Shown here piece by piece: positions 12,932 to 26,080 of a stretch of DNA of 64,000 nt (positions are counted from its first letter, which is position 1; each line of letters opens with the position of its first letter). Source of the DNA: Octopus bimaculoides. Its lineage: Eukaryota. The DNA lies in assembly GCF_001194135.2 (NCBI RefSeq), contig NC_068984.1, positions 84,286,262-84,350,261 on the forward strand, given 5' to 3'. The position numbers and the translations under genes were made by a program. The notes below the pieces were generated by a model. The model was not told the origin of the DNA. It searched no databases and was given only the letters and a program-made list of their open reading frames with translations.

Positions 12932-15164
12932 CGCATCTATTTGCACGTATATGTTAAAGACATGAAACTAAATGAATATATCGGAGGAAAGAAAGAGAGA
13001 GAGAGAGAAAGAGAGAGAGAGAAAGAACGGTAAAAACGTAAGTTTTCCAACTACTTTAATGTCAAACATTCATCTAGTTAATAACAGTTTAGTTAGACAA
13101 TTAAATAACTAGTAGTAAATAGTTAATTAAGAAGCAAAATGGAACAAAGATAATGAATTAATTAGACATTACGTATAAAAAGGAACAGTTCCTACCTGAG
13201 CAGAAATCCCTCAAATTGGTAAACCAAAGCAGAATGAGGACTGAAGGAAAAGAGCAGCTAGTCACATCGATATCAGCTGTATTCCACGGTAGATAGTGTT
13301 GTGTTATAGACCGATATAGGATATTAAAAGTATTATTGATATTAATTCATTATATCTCAACGTATGTGTGTGTGTGTGCGCGCGAGTGCGCGCGTATGTG
13401 TGTGTGTGCCTATGTGTGTCTGTGTTTGTGTTTTGATATATTTATGTAAACATTTGAATCCGTTCGCAATATTAGACGTGTGTGTGTGTGCATGTGTGAT
13501 TGGATTGTTGTTGCTAATTATTATTATTATTATGATTATTATTATTATTGTTGTTATTGTTACTTCTACTACTACTATTACTACAACTACTGCTTCTACA
13601 GGAGCTGGGGAAATGTCCGAGAGAGTAAGAGATCCAACTTAATAACGCTGTATTTAGTAGTTTCCTTTCTCGTGTTTCTGGGTTCGAATCTTCCTGTGGA
13701 CTTCTCTACTTTACATTTCATGACTACGAGGAGAAGAACGAAAGGAAGGTGTAGAAAAGTAAGTACCAGTAATATGCTGAACACTCAAGTCAACAGAAAT
13801 TTAATTTCTACTTCGAGTTTTCTTTCTCTGCCTTGTCAAAAATGAAATTGTGGGTCACTCACTATCGGATTCCGTTAACTTTTTCTTTAACATACCACAC
13901 CGGATCGTCACGGATATTCTCGTGTAATTATCATTAACACTCTGTTTTCGTTCTTTGTTTCCATTTGTTGTTTTGCGCTTATTAATGTCCTTCATCCATC
14001 GCCCTTGCAGCAAAGAGAAAATCATTATTATTATCACAATATAAGCCTGAGAAAAAGTATTGAGAGAAAGAAAGAGAGAGAGAGAACACTTGCTCTTCGG
14101 CAGTCACGGTAATCCTGCATATATGGGGGTTTCCTCGACTGGAACTAGGTAGCTGTATCCCTATTGAGACCTACATAAATACCATCGTTTTTTTACAATT
14201 TGTCCATGTAATGTCTCCTCCATTCCACGCCCTTGTGGCAAATAAAAGAAATAATATTAACTATTATTATTAGTAGTAGTATTATTATTTCAGTTGCTAG
14301 TAAGAGCGTTTTCTCCTGTATGTTCTTTTCTTTCGTTTGAAAGTCCCTGAGACAATCAAGGAAATCACCACGATTATTAACATTATGACAGTAATAATAT
14401 ATATTTCTTCGAGTGTAAAAAGAAGGTAAAAAGAGGGCTGTTTTGTTATTTACTGTTTGCCTTTGTTTGTTTTTAAAGAACCGGCGGGTGCTGCATGTTC
14501 ACCAGTTGATCCGACTACGCTAAATGTCTGTTGTGCAATAAAGTTCCTGTAAACATGTTTCTATGTTTATCTGCCAAGAATACCAGATGCTTTACTACTG
14601 CTCTTCTACTGTTTCACTACTGCTGCTCTACGGCTATTCTACTGTTGTTCTATTGCTGCTCTACTGCTGCTTGCACACGCACACACATACATATTTCATT
14701 CATACGTACAGAAAAAGTAACACAAGCACACACATAGCCGTACATGCACAAATAGGCCACCCACGCGCACTTGCAAAATTAATTAAAAACACACACGAAA
14801 AAAAATCATAAATATAAACAACAGAAAACACGTGACTAGTAAAGGAGTGAGTTGATATGATACCTGAAGTTGTGTCTGTGTGGGTGAATGTTTGTTTACA
14901 TTCACACTCACATGGATAAACACACGCACCCCCTTTACACACACAAAACATACACACGCGCATATACATATCACGCACACACACACACACAGACACACAC
15001 ATACGGACAAACTAACACAGATGCAAACAGGCCGGGCGAAGTTGGTAATATGAAATGTAAACTCTTTTGCAAACTGCTCATTAAGTATTTTAATAATCAG
15101 CCCGCATGTGTGTGTATATGATATATGCGCGCGCGGGCGCGGGCGCGTGTTATGAGTAGATTGC

Positions 15165-15460
15165 GGCTATGTTGTTGGCACTCCGTCGCTTACGACGTCG
15201 AGGGTTCCAGTTGATCCGATCAACGGAACAGCCTGCTCGTGAAATTAACGTGCAAGTGGCTGAGCACTCTACAGATACGTGTACCCTTAACGTAGTTCTC
15301 AGGGATATTCAGCGTGACAAGGCTGACCCTTTGAATTACAGGCACAACAGAAACAGAAAGTAAGAGAAAGTTGTGGTGAAAGAGTACAGTAGGGTTCGCC
15401 ACCATCCCCTGCCGGAGCCTCGTGGAACTTTAGGTGTTTTTCGCTCAATAAACCCTCACA
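15165..15460 (-). mobile_element. SINE family A, head-truncated
   Basis: Reverse complement matches the 19620-19834 copy and supplies its 3' end (...GGAACCCTCGACGTCGTAAGCGACGGAGTGCCAACAA). Confidence 0.85.
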
Positions 15461-15528
15461 GACCGACCAATGCCCTGTGAATGAATTGGCTAAACAGAAA
15501 CTTAATGACAGTCCGCTGTGTTGTGCAC

Positions 15529-15617
<89 letters not shown>

Positions 15618-16311
15618 CGCGCGCGCGTATGTGTACAACTGAGGCAGCGTTAGTACAAAATAACATTGTGTATAATTGTAAAAGCATAGAGTTATAGTGT
15701 TAAAACAAAAACAGAAATATGTCAGTAGTAGACGTAAGACGTCCAGGAGCGGCAGTGGCATTGCTAAATACGTATTCCTGTCTCTTTGAGCTTCGTCAGT
15801 ACCAAGTATCCACTGACAACTGCATGCTAAGACAAAATCAATCACTTCTGATATAGTAAAACAGTGATTGAAAAAATTCTTCATGTCCTAATTAACTGGC
15901 AGACTGAATAAAAAATTATTACGATCGACAGAAGCAATGTTAGTTTTAAGTAGCAATTTGTGTATCATACTTAGAGCATATACACCGTTGAAAACTCGAT
16001 AAACTGCGGTGTTCGTCTCGAGAAAGCATCACTTAAAGACGTACAATAGTAAAAAATAAAACCCATAAAAATATAACCGAAACAGACGAAAGTCATATTA
16101 CATGTGTGTGTGTGTGTGTGTACATGTACACACTCACATACACACACACATACATGTACATGCGTGCATGTGCTTGAGAATACTATGTGTATATATGTAT
16201 ATATATATGTATGTTTGTATGTATATAATAATATAAATAATATATATATGCATATATACATACATACATGTACATACCTACATATGTATGTATATACACA
16301 TGCATATATGG

Positions 16312-16800
16312 ATACAGGACGTCAAAAACCGTGAAAATGGAAAACGAGAACATGAAAAACAAAAACATGGAACACGAACTTTTTTTGTTTGTTTTTGAAC
16401 AACGAAAGAAACAAATAGAAAAACGAGACAGGCAACATAAAGAGCAATCCCTTCATCAGTTGTCCCCTGTTTTATCTACTCCGCGTTTCGAAGGTAGGGA
16501 TAAGACGCGACTTTGTTAAAACATTCCTTCCCGCAAAGCAAACTAAATAAAATTTGGGATTTTTTGCGAGGGTTAAAGTAGTAACAAAAACAGAGCAGTA
16601 AGAACAAAACAGTAAAAACAAACGATGTGGAGTGGTGAATGCAGGAAAAACGAGCTTTGAGAAGAGACAGGTAAAAGCACGTCTTGTCTTTAGGAAGGAA
16701 GTGGAAGAAAAAAAAGATAGATAGCTGTTGATCACGCGTGAGCAACGAGAGAATCAAAGAGGAAGAGTGAGAGAGAGAGGGAACGGTGACGGGGAGAGTA
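16312..16800 (-). mobile_element. Probable Penelope-like element 3' end (GIY-YIG tail plus UTR)
   Basis: Minus frame TLAKNPKFYLVCF...KSRLIPTF resembles a decayed PLE endonuclease C-terminus and is followed by CTGATGAAGGG. A partial tandem copy lies at about 16947-17130. Confidence 0.45.
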
Positions 16801-17003
16801 GAAGAATAGGGAAAGGGTGGGAGAGAAAAACAGAAAGGAAGAACAAGAGAGGGAGATAGATAGAAAAATAGAGATAGGATAGGAGTGCGCATCGGAATTA
16901 TTACGATAAAACTTATTTGGAAATAGATGCGTGGCGTTCGATCATATAATAATATAAATAATATATAAATATATGCATATATACATACATATATGTATAT
17001 ACC

Positions 17004-17043
<40 letters not shown>

Positions 17044-17130
17044 TGGGTACAGGACTTCATAAAAACGTGAACACTGAGAAACTAGAACATAAAAAACAAA
17101 ACATAGAAAACGAAGTTTTTTTCGAACAAC

Positions 17131-18418
17131 CAGGCTGAGTAAAAAGTAAGTAACGTTTTAAAACATGAAATTCATCACACTATATTTCAACAATGCAGAA
17201 ATTTTATTCATCAAAATAAGTATCATTACAATCAACACATTTTTGCCAACGAGTTACAAGTTTGTTTATTCCGGTAGAATAAAAATCTGGTGTTCCGGAG
17301 TTGATGAACCCTTTGAACGCACTTTCAGCATCGGTTTGATTTTTGAACTCCTTCTCTCCCAAAAAACCATCAAGATGCTTGAAAAAGTGGTAGTCAGTAG
17401 GAGAAAGGTCTGGGTAATAAGCTGGGTGGGGAAGAACTTCGTAGCCAAGTTCCCTCAACTTCTGGAGTGTCATTAGTGAAACGTGTGGTCAAGCATAGTC
17501 ATAAAGAATGATTGGCCCTCTTCTGTTGATCAGTCTGGGACGGAGAAGTAGCTGTTTTTCGTTCATTTTTGCAATCTCAAGGAAATATTTTTCTGCCGTA
17601 ATGGTTTTTCCGGGTTTTAAGAAGTTATAGAGGATGAGTCCAGCACTAGACTACCAAACACTCACCATAACCTTCTTTTTGAAGAGCTCAGGATTAGGGA
17701 AGGTTTTCGGCGCTTCATTTTGGTCCAACCACTGTGAAGAACGTTTTTCTTCATTATTGTACAGAATCCACTTTCCATCGCAAGTTACAATACGGTCGAG
17801 AAATGGATCGGTCTGGTTACAGAGAAGAAGCGACGAGCAAATTTCATATCTGCACATTTTCAGATTTTCATTCAAATCGTGTGGTACCCATTTGTCGAGC
17901 TTTTTGATTTTCCGATCGCATACAAATGGTTGCAAGCAGTTTTCTGGCTAACTTGTTCTTTTGCCAGTTCTCGAGTGGTTTTACGTGAATCTTTCTCAAT
18001 GACGATCTTTAATTAACCGTCATTGAGAAAGACCACTACGCTCACGATCTTCAAGGCTCAGATCTCCACTGCGAAATCGTTTGAACCATTTTTGAGCTGA
18101 CCACTTACTGGTCATTTCCTCACTAAGCGTTTCGTTGATATCACGAACAGTTTCAGCTGTTTTACGTCCTTTCTTGAAGTTGAATAGCGAAATTGCTCGA
18201 ATATCGCGCTTTGACAGTCTCATTTCAGATGATTGTAACAACGGTGAAAAAAAATATCAATGCTAATTTATTGATGCATTTGGACAAGTCTATGTCCGTA
18301 TTATCACCCAATTGCAAAAAAAAAAAAAAAAAAAAAAAAAANNNNNNNNNNCATAACTCTGCAAAAATCCGGTACAAATTCTTCATGGTTCAAAACGTTG
18401 CTTGCATTTTACTCAACC

Positions 18419-18421
<3 letters not shown>
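17131..18421 (-). mobile_element. Full-length dead mariner (Hsmar1/SETMAR-like transposase)
   Basis: TIRs CAGGCTGAGTAAAAAGTAAGTAACGTTTT (17131) and rc TAGGTTGAGTAAAATGCAAGCAACGTTTT (about 18392-18420), about 1.29 kb apart. Broken frames encode the HTH (WFKRFRSGDLSLED), WVPH, IVTCDGKW and YPDLSPTDYHFF motifs. Confidence 0.93.
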
Positions 18422-18475
<54 letters not shown>

Positions 18476-18689
18476 TGCATATTATGCGTATGTGTGTGTG
18501 TGTGTAAGCTCGTGCAGATGGGGATCCATTTGAGCCAGATGGTATAGACCCACAATGTTTTAGGCACCCATTCACACTTCTTAAATATATCGTTATAGTT
18601 CTTTTTTTATATGACTTATTACTTATAAATAGATCATGTACACTTATGTTCCTGATAGGGGTGGGTCTGTGCTATTATGCGGCACATGA

Positions 18690-19215
18690 GGCAAGTGCCT
18701 TTTTCGGTCGCCTCGGGCCAACCAATGTCTTGCGAATGAATTTGTTCAGCGAAATTTGTGTTGAAACCCGTCGTATATATGTTTGTGTGTACATACATGT
18801 GTGTGTGTGCATGTCACGCACCATTTGACAACCGGTGTAGGTTTGTTTATGTAACTTAGTGGTTTGGTAAAAACAAGCTGATAGAATAAGCACCGGATTT
18901 AAAATAAGCTCGATTTGATCGACTGAAACTCTTCAAGGCGGTGCTGCAGCATGACCACACCACTGTCAAATGGCTGAAACAAAATATGTGTCTTTGTGTC
19001 TGTGTTTGTCCCTCCATCACCACTGCTTGACAACCGGTGTTGGTGTGTTTACGTCCCCGTAACCTAGCAGTTCAGCAAAAGAGATCAATAGAATATGTAC
19101 CAGGATTAAAAAAAAAAAAGAGAGAATAAGTACTGGGGCTGATTGGTTCGACTAAAATTCTTCAAGGTGATGCTCCAGATTGGCCGCAGTCTAATGACTG
19201 AAACAAGTAAATAAT
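18690..19215 (+). mobile_element. SINE family B, two decayed pieces in tandem
   Basis: GGCAAGTGCC...GGGCC.ACCAA; GACAACCGGTG.TGGTGTGTTTACGTCCCCGTAACC; tail ATGACTGAAACAAGTAAA seen twice. Confidence 0.7.
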
Positions 19216-19249
19216 AAGATAAAAGATACATACGCACATACAACAGAAG

Positions 19250-19286
<37 letters not shown>

Positions 19287-19552
19287 CAAATACAAATAGC
19301 AAAAAGAAAAAGAACAACAAAAGTCTAAGAGGCACTCGGTTTTATCTGAACCTAGGATTAATGGGATTAATTTTACTACTTTCGCGTCTTCATAGACTTC
19401 ATGCAGCAAAGAAAGCCTTAGGAAAATTAGACAAATTGATCCCATTATTCTGTCATATGGTGAGATAAAATCTGTGGAGTAACCACTTTGTTTACTGTTC
19501 ACAACGAAGCAAAAACTGCATGTTTATTTAAGATAAAATAGAGTAGAATGGT

Positions 19553-19834
19553 GGAGGCGCAATGGCCCAGTGGTTAGGGCAGCGGACTCGCAGTCATAGG
19601 ATCGCAGTTTCGATTCCCTAGACCGGGCGTTGTGAGTGTTTATTGAGCGAAAACACCTAAAGCTCCACGAGGCTCCGGCAAGGGATGGTGGTGAACCCTG
19701 CTGTACTCCTTCTCTCACTCTTACTTCCTGTTTCTGTTGTGCCTGCAATTCAAAGGGTCAGCCTTGTCAGACTGTGTCACGCTGAATATCCCCGAGAACT
19801 ACGTTAAGGGTACACGTGTCTGTGGAGTGCTCAG
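19553..19834 (+). mobile_element. tRNA-derived SINE family A with intact head, cut by gap
   Basis: A box TGGCCCAGTGGTTAGG and B box GTTTCGATTCC, followed by the body shared with 15165-15460. Probably one of the published octopus OR-type SINEs (unverified). Confidence 0.88.
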
Positions 19835-20749
19835 NNNNNNNNNNNNNNNNNNNNNNNNNNNNNNNNNNNNNNNNNNNNNNNNNNNNNNNNNNNNNNNNNN
19901 NNNNNNNNNNNNNNNNNNNNNNNNNNNNNNNNNNNNNNNNNNNNNNNNNNNNNNNNNNNNNNNNNNNNNNNNNNNNNNNNNNNNNNNNNNNNNNNNNNNN
20001 NNNNNNNNNNNNNNNNNNNNNNNNNNNNNNNNNNNNNNNNNNNNNNNNNNNNNNNNNNNNNNNNNNNNNNNNNNNNNNNNNNNNNNNNNNNNNNNNNNNN
20101 NNNNNNNNNNNNNNNNNNNNNNNNNNNNNNNNNNNNNNNNNNNNNNNNNNNNNNNNNNNNNNNNNNNNNNNNNNNNNNNNNNNNNNNNNNNNNNNNNNNN
20201 NNNNNNNNNNNNNNNNNNNNNNNNNNNNNNNNNNNNNNNNNNNNNNNNNNNNNNNNNNNNNNNNNNNNNNNNNNNNNNNNNNNNNNNNNNNNNNNNNNNN
20301 NNNNNNNNNNNNNNNNNNNNNNNNNNNNNNNNNNNNNNNNNNNNNNNNNNNNNNNNNNNNNNNNNNNNNNNNNNNNNNNNNNNNNNNNNNNNNNNNNNNN
20401 NNNNNNNNNNNNNNNNNNNNNNNNNNNNNNNNNNNNNNNNNNNNNNNNNNNNNNNNNNNNNNNNNNNNNNNNNNNNNNNNNNNNNNNNNNNNNNNNNNNN
20501 NNNNNNNNNNNNNNNNNNNNNNNNNNNNNNNNNNNNNNNNNNNNNNNNNNNNNNNNNNNNNNNNNNNNNNNNNNNNNNNNNNNNNNNNNNNNNNNNNNNN
20601 NNNNNNNNNNNNNNNNNNNNNNNNNNNNNNNNNNNNNNNNNNNNNNNNNNNNNNNNNNNNNNNNNNNNNNNNNNNNNNNNNNNNNNNNNNNNNNNNNNNN
20701 NNNNNNNNNNNNNNNNNNNNNNNNNNNNNNNNNNATATATATATATGTG

Positions 20750-20900
20750 TGTGTGTGTATATTTTTGTGTCTGTGTTTGTACCCCCACCCCCACCCAACA
20801 TCGCTTGACAACCGAGCTGGTGTGTTTACGCCCCCGTGACTTAGCAGTTCAGCAAAAAGACTGAAACAGGTCAAATGACTGAAACAAGTAAAAAGAGAGT
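20750..20900 (+). mobile_element. SINE family B 3' half
   Basis: CATCGCTTGACAACCGAGCTGGTGTGTTTACG...AAATGACTGAAACAAGTAAAAGAG. Confidence 0.75.
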
Positions 20901-21119
20901 ATATATACGCACTATGGTACTGATCGAGCGCCCCACAAAAAATATACGCCCCGTGGTGGGTAGAAAAACTATTGGTAAGACAGCAGCAACATGATGCTGT
21001 TACCAGTAGCAACCCGACGCTGTCTATCTATCTGTCTGTCTGTCTGTCTGTCTGTCTGTCCATTTGTCTCATTGTCTATCTATCTATCTATCTGTCTGTC
21101 TGTCTGTCCATTTGTCTCA

Positions 21120-21176
<57 letters not shown>

Positions 21177-21828
21177 CATTTGTCTCATTGTCTATCTATC
21201 TATCTGTCTGTCTCTCTGTCTGTCTGTCTGTCTGTCNNNNNNNNNNNNNNNNNNNNNNNNNNNNNNNNNNNNNNNNNNNNNNNNNNNNNNNNNNNNNNNN
21301 NNNNNNNNNNNNNNNNNNNNNNNNNNNNNNNNNNNNNNNNNNNNNNNNNNNNNNNNNNNNNNNNNNNNNNNNNNNNNNNNNNNNNNNNNNNNNNNNNNNN
21401 NNNNNNNNNNNNNNNNNNNNNNNNNNNNNNNNNNNNNNNNNNNNNNNNNNNNNNNNNNNNNNNNNNNNNNNNNNNNNNNNNNNNNNNNNNNNNNNNNNNN
21501 NNNNNNNNNNNNNNNNNNNNNNNNNNNNNNNNNNNNNNNNNNNNNNNNNNNNNNNNNNNNNNNNNNNNNNNNNNNNNNNNNNNNNNNNNNNNNNNNNNNN
21601 NNNNNNNNNNNNNNNNNNNNNNNNNNNNNNNNNNNNNNNNNNNNNNNNNNNNNNNNNNNNNNNNNNNNNNNNNNNNNNNNNNNNNNNNNNNNNNNNNNNN
21701 NNNNNNNNNNNNNNNNNNNNNNNNNNNNNNNNNNNNNNNNNNNNNNNNNNNNNNNNNNNNNNNNNNNNNNNNNNNNNNNNNNNNNNNNNNNNNNNNNNNN
21801 NNNNNNNNNNNNNNNNNNNNNNNNNNNN

Positions 21829-21916
<88 letters not shown>

Positions 21917-22079
21917 GTCACTGTTAGAGTTACGTAAATTACACAACACTCGTATTTTTTGTCACCGACATCTGCTACACCTTCTGCTGTTGCACCTCTA
22001 AATCTAGCCCACTCTTATTTTACTTATCTCACTCTTACACACTCTTTTTATCCTCTTTGCAATGTGATGTGAATAGATG

Positions 22080-22660
22080 AAAGAGAGAGCCTAAAATGCA
22101 AAGGTTACTTTGAACCATGAGCGGCACTATGATAGTGTTCCTAGTAGAGGTGAGATATCATGGGGTTTGTTGCTAGATCCATTATATCGTAGCTGGCTGG
22201 CTGTGAACTTAGGAAAGACGTAGAAGAGCAGTAATTTCTGAACTGGTGGGGCGAGCGGACAATGCTTCGTCATATGTCCGAGAAGGCAAAATCTGAGAGC
22301 ACAAAATAGTTGCTAGATGGCTGGATTGATTGTAGTATCACGCAATATGGAGTAATGACTGTGTAGAAGACAGGGAGAAGAGACGTGCTATAGTGTGGGA
22401 CAAAAAGAACTCGGACATTCCTTGTGCGCATCAAAATTGTTCGATACGCTCGAAGATGCGACTTGTTCGTAGGGACCGAAGGGTAATCAGTTTTCTTGTC
22501 TGGTGACTATATTAAAACAGGGTGTGTGGTTGACGCAGCAGAAAGGGCTACGGTCAGACATTTCATGTTCCTCTAGGTAAGGATGGAGAAGCGGTGCCGC
22601 ACAAGTAGATTTTCTGAAATGCGTGTAGGAGTGACGAGCACGTCTCAAATGAATGAGCCT
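22080..22660 (-). mobile_element. Possible very old LINE (CR1/Jockey-like) 3' remnant
   Basis: GC-richer non-repetitive block; only weak translated echoes (STSLLPVFY, FK.NL). Confidence 0.25.
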
Positions 22661-22964
22661 ATTCTCAGTAGGTAGCTTTAGACACTCACTCTTGGCACCT
22701 AGAGTAATCCCAGATCTGTGTATTCACCGTTTGTCTTTGTTATATCATCTGGTGTATCACCCTGCCGAGCTGGAAGAATCGGGAAAACACTGGAAAAACT
22801 ACTTTGTGGTATTTGTTCCGACTCTCTTCGCTTTGAGTTAAAATTCCGCCCAGTCTACTTTATTTTTCCGTTGTTGATAAAATAAAAGACCTGCCGATTG
22901 TTTCGACTAACCCCTTTCTTCAGACTTTAGCCCTTTTGATTATAGAAGGAGCAATTATTTGAAG

Positions 22965-23175
22965 GCGGCAAACTGGCAGAATCGTTGGCACGCCGGACAA
23001 AATGCGTAGCGATATTTCGTCCGTCTTTATGGCCTGAGTCCAAATTCCGCAGAGACTTTGCCTTTTATCTTTTGGGGATCGATAAAATAAGTACCAGTTG
23101 AGTGCTGCGATCGGTGTACATGACTAACGCCCTTCACCAAAATTTCAGGCCATATGCCTATAGTAGAAAGGATTA
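22965..23175 (+). mobile_element. SINE family C
   Basis: GGCGGCAAACTGGCAGAATCGTTGGCACGCCGGACAAAATGC...GATCGATAAAATAAGTACCAGTTGAG. Confidence 0.82.
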
Positions 23176-23857
23176 TTATCATCATTGTTGTCATCACTTT
23201 ATAAAATATATTTCCATTTCGTTTCGTTTCTGTCTGTTTTGTTTCTATTTGGTTTATGTTTTAAGGCTTTTCATTACATAAAATTCGAGGTCTGGAAATA
23301 GACAAGCCCGAACACATTTGTAGTAGTTCCTGTTCCTTAATAAAGCAGAACAACACGAGATGGAGGACAGAAAATGATAATGCTGCTGCTTCAACAATGA
23401 ACCAGTTTGATTGTGTTTCCTGTGAAGTCGCCCTGAACCGATGGTAATTACAACCAAGAGAGATTATGGTCCAGATAAACTGACTTCAAAAACTATCGAT
23501 CTGATTCACTGAAGTGTTTGCATATCACTGTGTGTGTGTGTGTGTGTGCTTGTAGGTGTGCTCACCCACCTACATACACATTCTATAACAGGTTACGCGA
23601 ACAATTTCTGCTCCATTGATTTTCTTCGTCCTGTATACATTGTATGCTTGAGAAGCTTACACCTACCATTATATGTGTGTGTGTATATAAATAAATAAAT
23701 ATATATATATAATTAGAAAATGGAGGATAATATGCTGAACCCAACTACTTGCAGACGGTGTATCCCGTTGAATTCATTAATTTAATTCATAGCAAAAGTG
23801 ACAAAAAAGGAAGAAAAGAAAGAAAGAACCAAAGCACAGGTGTCTATGGCAGACTAT

Positions 23858-24048
23858 GTTATTCTGCCAACATGGTTTACATATAGAAGTACAAGGTACA
23901 TAAGGAATTAGAGGATGAACAGAAATTTAATCTTACAGCTGTTTCGGCCTAGTTTTAGCCGAAACAGCTGTAAGATTAAATTTCTGTTCATCCTCTAATT
24001 CCTTATGTACCTTGTACTTCTATATGTAAACCATGTTGGCAGAATAAC
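23858..24048. repeat. Perfect inverted repeat, 91-bp arms, 9-nt loop, centred on a hammerhead 3' half
   Basis: 23858-23948 is the exact reverse complement of 23958-24048; loop CTAGTTTTA; right arm runs into a gap. Confidence 0.95.
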
Positions 24049-24386
24049 NNNNNNNNNNNNNNNNNNNNNNNNNNNNNNNNNNNNNNNNNNNNNNNNNNNN
24101 NNNNNNNNNNNNNNNNNNNNNNNNNNNNNNNNNNNNNNNNNNNNNNNNNNNNNNNNNNNNNNNNNNNNNNNNNNNNNNNNNNNNNNNNNNNNNNNNNNNN
24201 NNNNNNNNNNNNNNNNNNNNNNNNNNNNNNNNNNNNNNNNNNNNNNNNNNNNNNNNNNNNNNNNNNNNNNNNNNNNNNNNNNNNNNNNNNNNNNNNNNNN
24301 NNNNNNNNNNNNNNNNNNNNNNNNNNNNNNNNNNNNNNNNNNNNNNNNNNNNNNNNNNNNNNNNNNNNNNNNNNNNNNNNNNNNNN

Positions 24387-24444
<58 letters not shown>

Positions 24445-25667
24445 CATGTATATGTACATATACATACATACACACATACATATACACACACATGCATACA
24501 CGCACACACGTGTGAGTGTGTGTATGTATGTGTGTATGTATGTGTGTGCGCGAGTGCGCGTGTAGTCCTCTAAGTTTAGTTGAGAACGTTACCAAGTCCA
24601 TCAACAGACCTGACCCCATCTTCAGAATGTGATGATAGTGACACTGCTAAGGTTGCCCTTTTGTGATATTCAACAAGGTGTGATGGGAATGATATTGTAA
24701 TTGATAAAATCATCATCATCGGATTTCAAAGTATTTAACTACTAGCAAACGCACCTGTCCTTTGGACGGTTTAAGTTGCTTTGGTGGTATTTTTTTCACC
24801 AAATAATTGAACTACCGAGAAGGTTTATGAGCAGCACCGCAATCTATGTTTCCGATTAACCTAGGAACAGAAAACCAATTGAAGGCTGGTTACTGAGGAG
24901 GTCTTTGTACTTAAATGATCATAAAACATATAAGTTTGCAAGCGATGCAATGTAGAGCTACTGAAGTGTTTGGGGAGTAGATTACAGATAATGACTACAA
25001 AATATAGTTGTTTTTCATGAAAGCGAAATTTCTTGTCAGAAACAGCCATATAAATGGTGTAAGGAAATTGAAGGAAGACATTGAAACTTCCCCTCTGCGA
25101 GTTTATTTTATTCAACAGCAAAGGAAGTTATTTTTTCGGAGAGAAATATGATTGGTACGTTCAAAAAATGGCAATATAATACCTACTTCAAAAAGTAGGG
25201 TTAAAGGAATGTATTTGCTACATGCTTACAGTGTACGACCACTCTGAAACTGACTTCAGGGAACGAAAAATGAAGACATGAAGAGTTTGACTTCAGTTCG
25301 CGAATACTGCTTTGAATCTTTAGCAGTTCACACTGAAAAGATTTCGCGTACAAAATATCATAATGGATGGGTAAATAGGCATCCTTAAAGTGAAACAATG
25401 CATTGGTAGGTAAACAAAGGTATCAACAAATAGAAGAGAGGGAAGAGAACAGCACCTTTCAAGTAACTCAGAATAGGTAAAGGTAAGCTTGCCAAAGTTT
25501 AATGCAGTTTAACCATGGAGATTAAGATTGTTTGGTATTGGATATTCATCGCGTACAGTGTTCCTAGTCAATTTAATCACCGTCGCAGGTGGACAGTCGA
25601 AATAAATAAATAGACAAAATCCTTTCACTTTTATAATATTCTCTAACCAAGTAATAATACACAATTA

Positions 25668-25821
25668 TGGCGAAGGTAAAGAATACGCACAGCACCCGTT
25701 TTCGGTGTTTATGGTTAGAATTAGGTTTAGGGTTAGGTTTAGGGTTATGGTTGGGGCTAGGGCTACATTTAGGGTTCGGGTTACGCCAAAAATGGGTGGT
25801 GTGCGTATTCTTACTTCTGCC
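25668..25821. mobile_element. MITE with telomere-like GGTTAG core (Merlin-like)
   Basis: About 36-bp imperfect TIR GGCGAAGGTAAAGAATACGCACAGCACCCG vs rc GGCAGAAGTAAGAATACGCACACCACCCA; internal GGTTTAGGGTTAGGTTTAGGGTTA; about 8-bp TSD CACAATTA/CAGAATTA. Confidence 0.75.
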
Positions 25822-25889
25822 CAGAATTACAACATATAAATAAATAACAGGTGGACAGTCGAATTAAATAAATAGAAAAATCCTTTCAC

Positions 25890-26049
25890 ATTATTTACAT
25901 TATTTACAATTGACGGATTTTTGTCCTCATCTTGTTTGTTAAGACAACTTTTCAGCTGATATACCCTCCAGCCTTCATCAGGTATCTTGGGGAAATTTTG
26001 AACCTAGGTTCTCATTCCTAAGGTATTTTTCGATGTTATTATTATTATC

Positions 26050-26080
<31 letters not shown>

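Noticed and set aside
14478-14553. Terminal exon EPAGAACSPVDPTTLNVCCAIKFL*
   Set aside because: Only an acceptor and a short frame; expected by chance.
16430-16460. Hammerhead at CTGATGAAGGG (minus strand)
   Set aside because: No downstream GAAA or pairing stems are visible.
17204-18241. Host SETMAR gene
   Set aside because: No SET domain, flanked by TIRs and broken by stops and frameshifts.
25715-25790. True telomere or chromosome fusion site
   Set aside because: Short, degenerate and enclosed by MITE TIRs.
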